In this document: positions 1-12,564 of the stretch, in pieces | How the letters are laid out: each line of letters begins with the position of its first letter | Position numbering within the stretch: the stretch's first letter is position 1 | Program-made: the position numbers and the translations under genes | NCBI RefSeq assembly: GCF_022539665.2 | Contig: NC_081333.1 | Coordinates: 1,178,001-1,242,000, forward strand | Direction: 5' to 3' | Source of the DNA: Daphnia carinata | Taxonomy: Eukaryota | Length of the DNA: 64,000 nt | Notes under the pieces: model-generated | What the model saw: only the letters and a program-made list of their open reading frames with translations | Told to the model about the DNA's origin: nothing | Database searches by the model: none

Positions 1-1704
1 TTCTTGCTTTCGACTCTTTCATCAGGTAAACAATGGAACGGCCTTTTTGCAATGCGAGTCAAGTCTAAACATCAACTTTTAGGACGAGCCACGCTTCCCG
101 CGGAAAGGTACACACTGTGCTGTATTTGAAATATCTCAAATCACGGGCGCTTATTTGTTGACTATTTCATGGCTTTCTGGCTAGAAGCCGACGCGAAAGG
201 AATAATGGTTCGCCCTAGTTGAAGTGAGTGAACGTAGGAGCCTCTTGAAATGCTGTGCACTATGTAATGTCACTAATCACTCTAATTTGGATGCATATTT
301 TTTTTTTTTGTGTTTTGATGGTTCGACAAGGAAAGGAACATCTGAAGAATCTGAGTGTTGTTGTTTCTTTCTTCTTGTTATCTCGAACTTCGAATTTAAA
401 AAACATCACACCCACGCAACACTCATGCCCATCGTGTAAACAAATATCATCGAGTGGCTTAATAAGCGTTTCATTATAGAATGTAGAAACTATCTGAAAA
501 AAAGATAATCGTTCACTGTAAGACAGAAAGCTCATTCTGCAGCCCATTTCAGATCAGTTCCCTTAGCAGAGGTAATCGAACCCCTCCGGACTAGATGAAT
601 GGCCCGACGCGGTATTCTATTCGTTCGCCTGCATTGAAGCCCAATCGATTAGGTGAATACACATGAAAAAAAAGAGAAGACTTTTGTCACCACGTCGGGA
701 TTTCACTATTACAACAACGCACGAAATTGCGTTGACGTTGGTGGAACAGCAATTCAGCTTTATAGCTGAAAGTCAATTGCACACGTCTCAGCGTAGGTGG
801 GCTATCAGATAAAGGTGGGACTGTAATAACAACAATCTTTTGTTGGGATTCTGGGTATGCCCGAGTTCATCGATGACGCAAATCCTGGTCCGAAATCCAT
901 TCGATAGATCGTTCACGGAACACACGTGATCACGGCAGATTGCCAACTCGCAAGAAATACCCTGTTTACAAAGAATCGACACAAGAGGGAAAATGAAAAG
1001 CTGTTGAGCATCTACTTCCTGAGGGATACGAGACCAAGAGATTTATCTGCACAATGAAAACCGAAAATGACCTACATCGATAAGGGACAAAATGCAAGAG
1101 AGACATGTCAATGCACTTGCAGATTGTTTTGTATTTTGTATTTGTGTTTACCGAACGTCGATATCGTATTACATCGAAATTACTAACAAAACAAAAGTAG
1201 AAATGGGAAGAAAACACAAGACAAACTGTGAAAGACAGACTTAACAGACACAGCATGTTTCAGTCTGCTTCCCATGAGGGCTTCTGCTGGAGAAAGGGAA
1301 AATGTTGGTTAAAGAAGATTAGTAGACACAAGCCACGGTATGCCAACGAATGTATGACGTGACATTGCAATGGTTTTCAACGTTAAAAAGACATGTGGGA
1401 CGCCTTGTTTGGTTTTGTTGTTATTGTACGCCGCGTACATACACCATAAGAAAAACACAGCGAAAAACGGATGAGATCTCTGCGTCAGAGCAGCAGTCAC
1501 AACCATAAATAAACACACACATTGAAAAATTAGGACGCGTTCCAAAAACGCGAACACTGAAAGGTATTTCATGTTTTCCTTTTGAAGTGGGTAAAACGTC
1601 CAACCAGCATGGACTGCGTCCTTCTTGTTTTTTTTTCTTATTTGCACGACACACAAGGGTTCACCGGGAAAGCTTTCCCTCTTCCAGACAATTCGCTTCA
1701 CGTG

Positions 1705-4700
1705 TTAATGGTTTTGTTGAAACTGTAGTTTTTTGGTGTTACCTAATTGAGTTACAATATCTGCACGAGTGCATTTGGTGGCCAGCACTGCTGGAAGCTG
1801 CCCATCGGCCGGTAAAAGCTGCTGTTCAGCCACGGCTTGACGGTGCTGGTCACGAGTTTGGGTACGTCTCGGTCCTCTGCCAAACCGATGGTTCGTGTCG
1901 GCAGGTTGACCCCCAGCTGGGCCTGCTGCTCCCCGACGATCGTCTTCACCAATGCTGTCCTTGTCCTGTCCACGAAGCCAACGTAATCCCAAACATACCT
2001 TTTTGGAAACATTAAAAAAAGATCTGCTATTTCTTTGTTTGTCTCTGTCAAGTTCAACTTGTTGATTGATTATTATGAATCCATAGAACATTCTGGTTTG
2101 TAAAGGATGATGTGGCAGCAAAAAAGGTGTCTATTCGAGAAGTGACAGTTTTGAACTTTAGTGCTTAACTCCTGGTTTACGTACCCTCATTTGGTTGAGA
2201 AGACTGCCACTGAATGCAAGGTAAATCCACGGGTTGGAACAGGAATTTAATGAAGCTAGTAGAAGAATAATAACAGCTACTGGGCTAATGTCTGCTTCTG
2301 CAATGATCGTCAGGAATAGTAGTATACATATTTTAGAATGACAAGCTGAACTTCGTATATGGCGTCAATTCTTAACATGCTGATGTCAGCCTTAGTAGTT
2401 TGCTACATCAACGACCTTGGTGAAAATGAATCCTTCTATGAGTTTGGTCTATTCTAGGAAAAGAAAGAATTAATGACAATTTCTTTGCCAGCTCATTATT
2501 CTGATATGTAGACTCTAGAGACCCATATTTGTTTCTAAAAATAAGCGCGTCTTTCTCAGATGACTATCGACACATTGACGATACGCAACACTAGCAGACA
2601 AACACGTACACTGTGTTTTCCTTGAGTTTTGCGTTTTTTCCCGCACATTTCCACAGCTGTAACCCTCTAGCAAACTAGCCAATCCAAAGACGAGGAGGGG
2701 TTGGGGAAAATGGTACGATAAGACAAGGAACAATAAAAATGGGAAGACTGTGACCTTGTATTAACCTTATCTACAATGCCCTAGATGATTCTAGAATTTT
2801 TCTGAGAAGCCGCATGAAAATAGGCAATAATAAGATCCTTTAGCGGGTTTTCGGAGTCAGTAGTGAGCTAACCTCTGATTGAGTGACAGGTCCGTAAAGT
2901 TGTTCTTACTTTTTCTTTTTGAACTGTCTGCGTTTTGTCTGTGTAGTAATTGAAAATCGTTTTTTGTACTTGTGATATTTTCATCTTCTATCTTGCAGTA
3001 TACAGTGACAAGAATTCCCAAGGCGTATTAAAGTTTTACGGTTATATCCTCTGGACTCAGAAAACCGATTGGGACATAGGACGCCATTATCTCCTTCGTT
3101 CCACGTGCGAGCTGCGTGAACTGTATGCCTCTGGACTGACAGATACAGAATTTTGCCAATCCAGATCGAATTGAAGAACCGTGCCGCATTGCACACACGT
3201 TTTCATATTGCCAAGGATAAGTGCAAGGTAGTACATATTTCATTGGCAGTTGAGTGGGCCATTGCTTATACATTGCATGTTTCACATTCCAGACGTTCGT
3301 TCTAATCGCGCCGCACGAACCGCAAAGAAGAAATAAAAATGCTGGGATTTGGATACATGCTTTTGGTGATGCTCATCGTGGCGACAATCAGCATTGCCGA
3401 GAATTCTCGTACCCACGAAGGTCTCGTGCCAACCTCCGCACGCCATCGTGTCCCAATTGGACAAGAGGCCCTTGATTTGATCGCAGACTCTTGAGTGTTT
3501 TAGTACGTGAAATGTTTTCATTATTTTTAATGGACAATTGCATTCATGTTTTCCCATCTCCCTATTATACCCGTGCCAAAAGTTTTCCTTGTTTGCTTTT
3601 AATATCAATTCGCTATTTTAATTTGACATGAAATTATATCTACAATTCAGCAAAAACCTTTATCATAAGAGATACTTAAATGATGAGTTGTGAAAATTGA
3701 CCTGCCTCATGTGTTCCAATTTACAGTAGTCCATCAATACAGATTTTTTATATTCAACAACCAGAATATGTAATGTTATTGTGTCCATTTTTGAAAGACC
3801 GAAACGTACAAATGGTAAATTTGATTTCATTCGTTGCTAAAAGAAGATAAGTCGAACTTCAGCGATTCCGTGAAGCTTTCTACATTCGTGTCTTTCATCT
3901 TACTGATGGTGAATAACTGCTTGGGTTATATTTTTGACACTTGTGGATTTTCACAAGCCTTGGTCCAGCTACCGACAAGCTGTGTCACGATTTTACCAGA
4001 CGGCACAGTTATGTGCATAGTCTGGAATAAGATTAGCGACGTCAAGTTTGCTGTAAAGAACAACCCGTCACAGTCGTGCAACTCCCATTACATCCATTAG
4101 TCATCGTTTTCTATGGATGTTCAAGCAGATGTAACTGTTGAATACATTTTTTTCTTATTTTAAGAATATGCTAAGCCAACAAAACCAAATAACATTCCAT
4201 TGATCTCACGACAGTTTACGTCTCACCCAATGTCGTTCGCAAAGACAAGGACATATTTTCTCTTCTCACATACATTTTAAAACGTAATGTTGAATAGTAA
4301 CACCTCATCCCTTGTGCAATTCGCCTTTAGCAAATTATGCCAATAACACGACGTAAATCATCTAAATATGAAAATTATCCTTTCAGTTTTACTGGACGTC
4401 TACGAGTCTAGTGTAATGTCGTCTCGTGGATACCCTTATCATTGGTCAGAAAATGCCTCATCCAACACACTTGAATCAGATCAATTTATAACGAAATGAT
4501 TCGGTTTTATTAGACAATTGCGTAGCAAACGCGAAAAGTAATATTTTATTCGCATCCGGCGTTTAGAGCTGATTATAACAGGTTATTTCGAGTCAACATT
4601 TTTACCCGCAACTTTTTGTTAGAAAAAGTCGACTTAAAATGAAGTTTGACAAAATAATCCGACTTTTTTACTCTTTTCCTATTTTTTATTAAACCTAAAT

Positions 4701-7700
4701 ATAGCTATATTAACAGATATAAAATTTAAAGAAGATCACAAAAATCAATTTCATTCTTTCGTGGGACGTTTTTTTAACACTCCAAAACATGAGTTTTCCT
4801 TCATAAGGTGCAAGTGTAATGATAACATTGAATTATCTAAACGATTTAATTTCATGAAATGGTAGACTGTCAAGTGAAAAAACATGCACAAAACCACAAG
4901 CAGACGGTGATGCGTAAATATAGGACAACAGCAGGTGATAAACACCTGCTGCGATCGCTACGACCCTCTTCGAAAACCTTGAAGTCTAGAAGGCTGACCA
5001 CACAATTTTGAATGCCTTGAATTCACAGCTATTTAAATTAATATGCCGTTACATGTAGAAATGGTCAAGCAATTTGCAGTTGGAAACAGTTGAAAGTAAT
5101 ACAACAGTTTCCATAGAAACAGATGGAGAAGACGAAAAGGTTTCCCAGAAATCGATTGGAATGTTTATCCTTTGATTTCAAACGGACATCGTCATCAACT
5201 GCGCACACAGTCTTTCCTCAAACAGCTCGCCGAAGAATGTTATTGCGTCGATGACGCTACCCATTATGTGAACTGCATCATCTGATCAAATAGACGAAGA
5301 AGAGACAGAACGCACAACGCAGCCATTTTCTTTCACTTCCCTTTTTTTTCAAGAAAACAACACGGAAAAGAAATGTAACAATGTGAAGTTATAGTGTGTA
5401 TGCCTATGTGTTTTTTTTTTTAGAAGTGACAACAAACAGCCCGTTAAGCCCATGTAACCGCTTTCCTGCGTGAAACTTCATTTTTCTGGCGAGAAAGACG
5501 TAAAGTGAACTTGAATTCTGAAATATGACATCTGCTGGCTAAAGGTGAGTTAATTAATTGTACCCATATCCATTCTCAATCCCAGTCTCGTCCTGTTCAA
5601 TGATAAGTGGATCAAGTTCAAGTAAATAGGCATTTTTACCCTGATATGATATCGATTGGAAAACGTTTCTGTCAACATAGTTCCTTATTACTAATGAACT
5701 ACAACTAACGCGCCTTGTGGTTAGCCGATGGGAATGTAAGCGTGTCTCTTTACGGTTAGTGAAAGTGAGGTAATATAGTTGTGTTTCTCACGTCTATGCT
5801 GCTTGGAGAGGTGTTGGGTAATTCCCATTTCATTGCTAGGAGTGTTTAGCAATGTAGAAATCCTTTAGATGGAGGGCAGTGTTGTGTAACGTATGGGATA
5901 CGATTTATACAATCACGATGTCTCTATAATGCCGATTAATCACGCTTGGCTTCTCATCTAGTACAATTACTGTGAAAGAGAACACACTTTTTAAGCTTTA
6001 CTTAAATTATGTTCATCGGTTGTATTTTAACTTGACGATAAAAAAGAAACTGCAAAAATAAAGTATTTTCTAAAAATCGGTTAAAGATCGTACCCAGACA
6101 TTAAAAACAATGCCGTTCTTTCGGGAAAACAATAGAAAAAATAATACAAATGCTGGGCATGACTGGTTGCTTTTTGAATCCTGTCACTAATAGTAAGAAA
6201 ATCGGTGCATTCTTTTGAAGCGCTTCTGACATCGTTTTTTCTACTCTTCATAGCCCTTCAAGAAATACCTATTTGACACTGGTTTTTGTATAAAAGGGCC
6301 TAATGAATCAGCCGAATGATTGTATTCGCTCGCCTAGTATGCTGCCTTTGTCATATTGGTAAGACAAAGCTAGTTCCTTATGTCTCGCACATTTTCAATA
6401 GCCTATTTTTAGAAGCTTTTGTGTATGTTTAGAACCATTGTTGCAATTTTTGTCTAATTCTTTCCATTTTGCAATATCAGCTTCATTTTTAACACGGATT
6501 GCTAGCAACAATCATTTCCAATGTATCGTTGTAGAAGTGACTCAAAAGATCTGACTAAGCAGCAAGTTGGCCGTACTTAGCTTCTATCACCTTGAGACAT
6601 TTTTCAGTTCAACTTACGGGATGACTGGTTTTTTATGGTGAATATACGATGGAGTTGGCTGAGACAAAAAATTCTGTATTGTTCCCTTTTTACTTTCCAT
6701 GAAATGCAACTTCAGGTTGAGGCTGAGGCAGGCACGAAATCAAAAAAACTTTTTGTTTGTTTACAATAGACATTCGAAAACTGGAAGCGTTGTTCCAAAA
6801 CACCAAGGTTCACTAATCTTGAGAGTTTCGTTCTCTCGTCCTTCACTGCAATTTCAAAATGAAATGGGTGTTAGGCTTTTCAATGGCCGTATCCGGGAGG
6901 TTCGTTTAGTAGAACTCGACTGTTGTGTTTTTGTTCTAACCCAAAGGGGCTACCTTTAAAAATTTCGTTCATTTCTCATCTTAATCGCGAGGTCGTTGAA
7001 TAGTCTGCTAGAAAATTATTGTTGAACGGAAAGTAGCACTCTGCAATGAATTGCATCCCTCAATTGTTCACTGTTTCGATAAATAGGAAACAGAATTATA
7101 AAAAAATATTCTGATAAGCAAATCAAATAACCAGATCTGTTCCGAGTAACCCATAGGTTAACCCTTTTGTGGAACAAATTCGATAGCAACAGTAAACACC
7201 TGCAAGAGCGAAACGGAGTACGATGTTTCATCTGACTGGTGGCAGATCGCTACGTAATTCAATAAAAAAAAAAAAAAGGCATTGACGAAATATATCAAAT
7301 GAAATTCTAAAATTGACATAAAGCCAATAGAAAAGAAGGCGTGCAATTGTGATGGAAGCAAACGAAATACCAGTATGTCAAATCATCAACAGAAAACGCA
7401 AATCACAGAGCCAGCAGTCACAGCTGTTTCGATGAATAGTAATTTAAAGTGTAGTGTCATTTGAAGTAACGGGTACTTACGATTGGTAGGTGGACAGTAG
7501 ACCATGATAAGTTGGGTAATGCAAAAAGGTGCCCAGCACGCTACAAAACATAAAACGACGGCTAGTGTCAACTTGATTGTCTTCATCTTGGCTTTCGTGA
7601 TGCGATTGCTGTTGGAACGCCGCAGGGACATCTGTTGGCAGCGCTGAGGTGCAGCAGGTGGAGGCTGCGGAAGCATCCGGCTCATTTTATTCTCCGCGGG

Positions 7701-8606
7701 AAGCGGATGGCTCGCTGGCTGAATGGCTAAACTACGCATGGGAATGGTGTCTGATAATTGTGATGCCATCGCCGAATTATCTTTTATGGCATTACTCGAA
7801 GTCCGTGATTTTTGCCAGCGCATGCCAGCTCTTATGAACCAACGCCTCATGACGGACAACGTAGATCCGGTTTCGGTAATGGACGAATGCGATGGAATTG
7901 CGGAATTGTCTGATGGCAAAAGTGAAGGTTGAGCACTTTGGCTATAAATCCAAATCTGTCGGCAGATGACACCGTAACAAACGCCGATGACCAGAAGTGG
8001 GGCTCCGAAAATGGACACGACGAACCAAGTGACGTACGCCTTGGCTCCCCATGGCTCGACAAACTGAACCCAACAATCGGTCACGCCTTCGCTGATCTCC
8101 TCCTCATGGAAAATAATGGCCTGAGGAATGGCGAATAGTACAGATAGCACCCAAGATGCAGCCACGAAACACTTGGCCACTTTAAGCGAATTCCAGTGTA
8201 AATTACGACAACACACGGCTCGGTATCGGTCAACGGCCATGAACATCAGGATGTACGTGCTGAGGTAGAGCGTCATAATCTGCGTGTATTTGACGAATCT
8301 GCAGAGAACATCACCGCCGTGAAATCGATAGGTTATGTCCCATGCCAATTGTGGCAAAATGTTGAAAAGCGCTACCAATAAATCTGCCAGGCTTAAATGC
8401 ATCATGAAGAAATACATGCGAGATAATGGGCGATTGCGACGTTGACGCCATATCGCGATTAACATTGTCAAATTGCTCGTGACGGCCAACAATAGGATGA
8501 ACGAGAGTGTACCGATCTCGATAGATGCAAGTTTTTCATCGCGAGATGAATTGGGTAATTCTGTCGTAACATTTGTCATGTTAGACAATAAAGAACTGCC
8601 TTCCAT
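1705..8606 (-). CDS. Vasopressin/oxytocin (inotocin)-like peptide receptor, class A GPCR, ~510 aa, 3 coding exons
   Basis: Exon 1, 8606-7481, carries TM1-6 with HLSLADLLVALFNILPQLAWDIT, DRY, DCW..F and CWAPF; it ends at a GTAAGT donor at 7480 (phase 1). Exon 2, 2297-2185, reads ADISPVAVIILLLASLNSCSNPWIYLAFSG (TM7, NPWIY). Exon 3, 1998-1705, is the C-tail starting VCLGLRWLR. All junctions are GT-AG and in frame. The PQLAWDIT and ASLNSCxNPWIY motifs are typical of OT/VP receptors. Confidence 0.93.
4490..4680 (+). repeat. Degenerate copy of a dispersed ~200-bp repeat (copy 1 of 3)
   Basis: Shares GATT(C)CGGTTTTATT, TAATATTTTATTCG and the terminal AAAATAA(T/G)CCGACTTTTT motif with 50390-50595 and, inverted, with 39620-39810. 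Boundaries are approximate. Confidence 0.55.
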
Positions 8607-9852
8607 GATGATTGGTACTGATACTACACGATGCCTAAGCCGCAATGCGAAGATTGAATTTTAAAAAAGCCAAAATGTCAAGTCACCATTGCGATTTTGC
8701 TAAACATCCTACATCCAAACACATGAAACACGGTGGGAAAAAAATCAATGAAATTTTTGTTAAGCGCCTTGAGTTTTTCACAATTCACTTGTTTGTTTTA
8801 AACACCTCGAAGCGTTCTTTGTTAACGACGTTGGAACATTAAACGACAAGTGTGTTTCGGTGATTATGCAGCACGTTCTCACAACCAACTACGCTTGCCC
8901 CTGCCTGTAGCCTGTTTGTGCGTCTCTCGGTTGCGGTGCATTCACGCACAGAGAAAGATCGTCAGAGACAAAAGTAAGTCACGCCCCCTCGAGCTTCGCT
9001 TCGCCGCTTTGGATTCTGCCCGTGCATGAATTTCGAATGTAAGGGACAGTTTGCAGGTAGACCTTCCGACCATCAGCCGTTCAGTTCACAGTCGCACATC
9101 TATTTTAAATTCGATGATATTTTTAAGTAATAATTGGTATTTTTTAGTTCATGAACTTATAGTTCATTGTAATTTCCAACCGGAATTTCCTGATATACAA
9201 GAATTCCATTTTGTTTGCACTTGAAAGAATGAATTACGGCTTTTGAGATACGACAACGGTATTAGTGATCCCCACGCTGTTTGAAGATTGTAGAATAAAA
9301 TAGTTGTCGCTAAGCCTATTGGACCCAATGGTTTTATACCTAACGTTCACCGGAGATAGCCTTGGGTAAGATCCGCTTACACGAAATAAAATGTCGTACT
9401 CGATTCGAACTATCTAGTGCATTATCTTTGAAATGTCTAAAAGAAAACCGCATGGATCGAACGCGAAACTGTTTAGTTTCGTAGAACGACAACTTAGGTA
9501 TATATCTTGTATTGGGAAAAAATAGTCGTCTAAAAACTTTTCTTCGACGTACGATGACAGTGTTAAAACATCTTAAAAAGCAATCTTTTTGCACAAAAAG
9601 ATGGCCATTTTCTCTTCTTAAATCATCCCTATTTTTATCTACGTGAACACATCCCCAAGACGCAAAAAAATATACGTGATCCATTATATCTAATAACGGA
9701 AGCCGTACTCTTTGGGTTGTAGTTTGACCGTGACCTTATAACATCGGGAATGCGTAAACAGAACATGCTGCTGAATCGATGGTTAGTTGTAACTCTGTTC
9801 TACTACTTATTGCGGTGAGGTAAATTTGGCATACTTGTGATTGTATGCGTGG

Positions 9853-10025
9853 AATCCTTATACCTTATTATCGGAGGGATTTTTTAAAAAAGGTCGTATG
9901 CATGGAAAATATATCTGTAAATCCTTAAACCTTATTATAGAAAGGATTTTTAAAAAAGGTCGTAGGCGTGGAAAATATATCTGTAAATCCTTATACCTTA
10001 TTATCGAAGGGATTTTTGAAAAGGC
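9853..10025. repeat. Tandem repeat, ~66-bp unit, ~2.6 copies
   Basis: The unit AATCCTTA(T/A)ACCTTATTAT..A.GGATTTTT.AAAAAGGTCGTA.GC.TGGAAAATATATCTGTA is repeated directly. Confidence 0.9.
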
Positions 10026-10549
10026 GAAACGACAGCTACTGCTCGTTTTTTGAGAAAGGAAAAGCACGCTTACGTTTTCCTTTGAAACAATAGTCACATT
10101 ACCGCACTATTTTCTGTTAGCCGTGTGCAGTGCGGATGTTACACAGTAATGCCGTAAGTTACCTTTTCTCATTAGGTACGGAAGCTGGTTGCACTGCATT
10201 AATCTCATCTACTGATGTCTCCAAGTACATGAATGAGCAGATGGGATGCAACTCATCCATAAAGAGTTCCCATGAAACACGGCTTGTTTATGCCAAAACT
10301 ACTTACTGTCTTAGGAATTGTTAGATCAAAACTAATTAATCTGCAATTTCTTAATAAAAAGAAAGCCTTCCTACCCATGCTCTCTCTGCTGCTTAAGAGG
10401 GCTAACCTAGGTTAAGTTTACACAGTAAGACATCCTTCTATATTGCACCTGTGAAAATCGTAACAAATCATGTAAATAGTACAAAAAAAAATGTAACTGT
10501 ATTTTAAAAAAAAAGTGCCACTATACATAGTGTAAATAACACAAGGTTT

Positions 10550-11542
10550 TTAGTTGTAAAAAGGGTTATATGTAACCCAATGTCCTTTAGTTTGATTGAC
10601 AGCTTTTGTGTGAGTGGTGAATAGAGACTTGTACACATCACTGGCTTCAGGGTCCTTGGCAACACTATAACTGGCTTTAGTTTTGGCCATGGATGGATCT
10701 TCCAATTTCATGAGCTTCTGTGCAATGTTATTTGAATTATTTTGGACTGTTTTAAGTTTTTTGCCCTTTTCTGTTTTCTTTTCCAGTACTCCAGCTTCTC
10801 GTTTTACACCCTTGTTTTTAGCTTTTGCTGCTGAGCGTCTGGCCTCCATTTTACTAGTCATAGTAACTAGTTCTTCTTCTGAAGGATTTATTACTATGAT
10901 ATCTTCATTGGCAAATGGTTTCTGGCACTGAAAATTAGATTATGATCATGATTATATGTTTTATGGTTAGCAATCTAACTATTTTACCTTATGGCATGAT
11001 GTTGTCTTTATTTCTTTGAGAGATCTTTCCGACATCACACAACCACATGTCCAGATGAAGCAGAATTTGAATTTTCCATTCATTTCAATTCCAAGGACAG
11101 GGCAGATGTACTCAGCTGACTGGATGTCATCATACCCGTCTCCCATGTTGGCATGTTTTTTAAAGGAAGGGTTAATCGTCAAAACTAGTTCCTTGACATC
11201 CTTCAATGTTCGAAAATGCTTTCCACATTCTGGAGCTTTTGCTTTGTCAAGAAGAATCTCGAGCACAGATTCTTTATTAAACATGCGCCCAAGTTCACAA
11301 GCTACAATAGGAGTACGCAATTCTTCTTGAGATGATGCACAGAGTCGCCACTTGCAATGATTTTCAGCATCTTTGTCTTTCTACAGTGGGAAAACAACAG
11401 CAACGGTTTAGCAAAGATAGTTATTATGAAAGAATCACTGAGATTTCTCATAATCCAAGATAAAAGTAATTACCTGTTCTGGCTTCTTCCTTGTCTTAAC
11501 CAATTCATCTCTCTTCGGAATAGTTCCGCCATCACAACCCAT
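10550..11542 (-). CDS. RTF2: Replication termination factor 2 (RTF2/C20orf43), ~279 aa, 3 exons
   Basis: Exons are 11542-11474 (MGCDGGTIPKRDELVK, the diagnostic N-terminus), 11380-10988 (PIVACELGRMFNKE; YICPVLGIEMNGKFKFCFIWTCGCVMSERSLKE) and 10927-10550 (C-terminus YKSLFTTH...HWVTYNPFYN). Both introns are GT-AG, phase 0. Confidence 0.96.
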
Positions 11543-11857
11543 GTTGAAGATGCGAAGATTGTGATAAAAACACAGTGGGAATCACGAAAAATATTTATTG
11601 TCCAACTGAACGCAATCGTTGACCGTCAATGGCTAACACTAACTAACTAACTTCTTCAAGCGACGGGGACGTTTGGTACATAAAACAACGTTGCCACATT
11701 TATAAAAATGCGAATTTTGTTTTTACCGAAAACTCCAAACCCCATTTAGGTTTAATCATCGTTGCCACCCCTTCGGAACGCGCTGCCAAATTTATTTTGT
11801 TGTTATTTTTGTATATTGTTCCACACACTGCCTACCTATTTTGCCTACCTACAAACC

Positions 11858-12564
11858 TGTTAGCCGCACTATGCCGCCGTACTGGTGTAAGGAAAACAAA
11901 AACTTATTGGTATCGAAGAGGGTTACATATCCCGATGATAAGCTGCCGGCATCCATGAACCTAGTGGCCATGGGGAGGCTTACGAACAACCTACGAGCTA
12001 CGATTACCTCTTCTCTACCTAAGTTCGAAGTAAGTCGATCTTTAACGTGTAGTGAACGGTACTACAGATCGATGTGAGACGTCTGTATACGTGTCGTGAG
12101 TGGTGTGTGTATGTGTGTGTGTATTTTTTATTCTGCCATTTTTAGCCCCTTTATAGTAGGCATGGCTCTTCTCTCTTCGTCTTCTTTCTTGAGGTAGATT
12201 GATGATTGATTGATGTCTTAAGCGATGTTGGTAGAATCTTGCGTAACTCGATGAGATGAAGAATCTTGCGAATCCGATGTAATGACGTAGTCGATGCGAG
12301 TTTTGAATGACGTATTGGAGGGGTGGGTGGGAGGGGAGGGTGGCGGGAGGAGAGCGTGGAGGGAAGGGAGGGCTTGGCGGAAATTGGCGGTGGCGGGACT
12401 TGAATCCGAGGACTACAGATTACAAAGCGTGGGTGATAACCACTGTGCCAGGACCGCACATCCCAACCAAATTTTGCTTTAGGTGTCACCCATTCATATA
12501 GATGGCTTATGTACATCATATGTATAAGGGAAGTATAGAGCTGTGGCATATATCGCGGCTGCCA
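11858..12564 (-). mobile_element. Solo-LTR-like element (~707 bp)
   Basis: On the minus strand it starts TGGCAGCCGC and ends GCGGCTAACA, giving TG...CA ends with a short imperfect terminal inverted repeat. It has an internal TATAAAGG (12155-12148), then AATAAA (12132-12127) and a CA-repeat. No target-site duplication, PBS or PPT was found. Confidence 0.45.
12385..12458 (-). pseudogene. tRNA-like sequence (degenerate tRNA or SINE-head-like) inside the LTR-like element
   Basis: The minus strand reads GCGGTCCTGGCACAGTGGTTATCACCCACGCTTTGTAATCTGTAGTCCTCGGATTCAAGTCCCGCCACCGCCA. It has an A-box-like TGGCACAGTGG, a B-box-like GGATTCAAGTCC, a partial acceptor stem GCGGT/ACCGC and a terminal CCA. The stems are imperfect. 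Confidence 0.55.

Noticed and set aside
788..982. Short minus-strand ORF after a possible acceptor
   Set aside because: It has no recognisable motif or partner exon and is probably 3' UTR or intergenic sequence.
1752..2057. 101-aa ORF with a superficial transposase-like 'GFVD' motif
   Set aside because: It is an alternative frame over receptor exon 3, and no other DDE motifs are present.
7016..7231. ORF with LLLLSNL, considered as the TM7 exon
   Set aside because: It lacks NPxxY, and a much better exon exists at 2297-2185.
7386..7480. ORF-track C-terminus of the GPCR (RKYPLLQ...VFC)
   Set aside because: This is read-through into the intron past a GTAAGT donor. The true TM7 exon is at 2297-2185.
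12385..12458. Functional tRNA gene
   Set aside because: The acceptor and anticodon stems are mismatched and the sequence is embedded in a repeat-like element, so it is kept only as tRNA-like.
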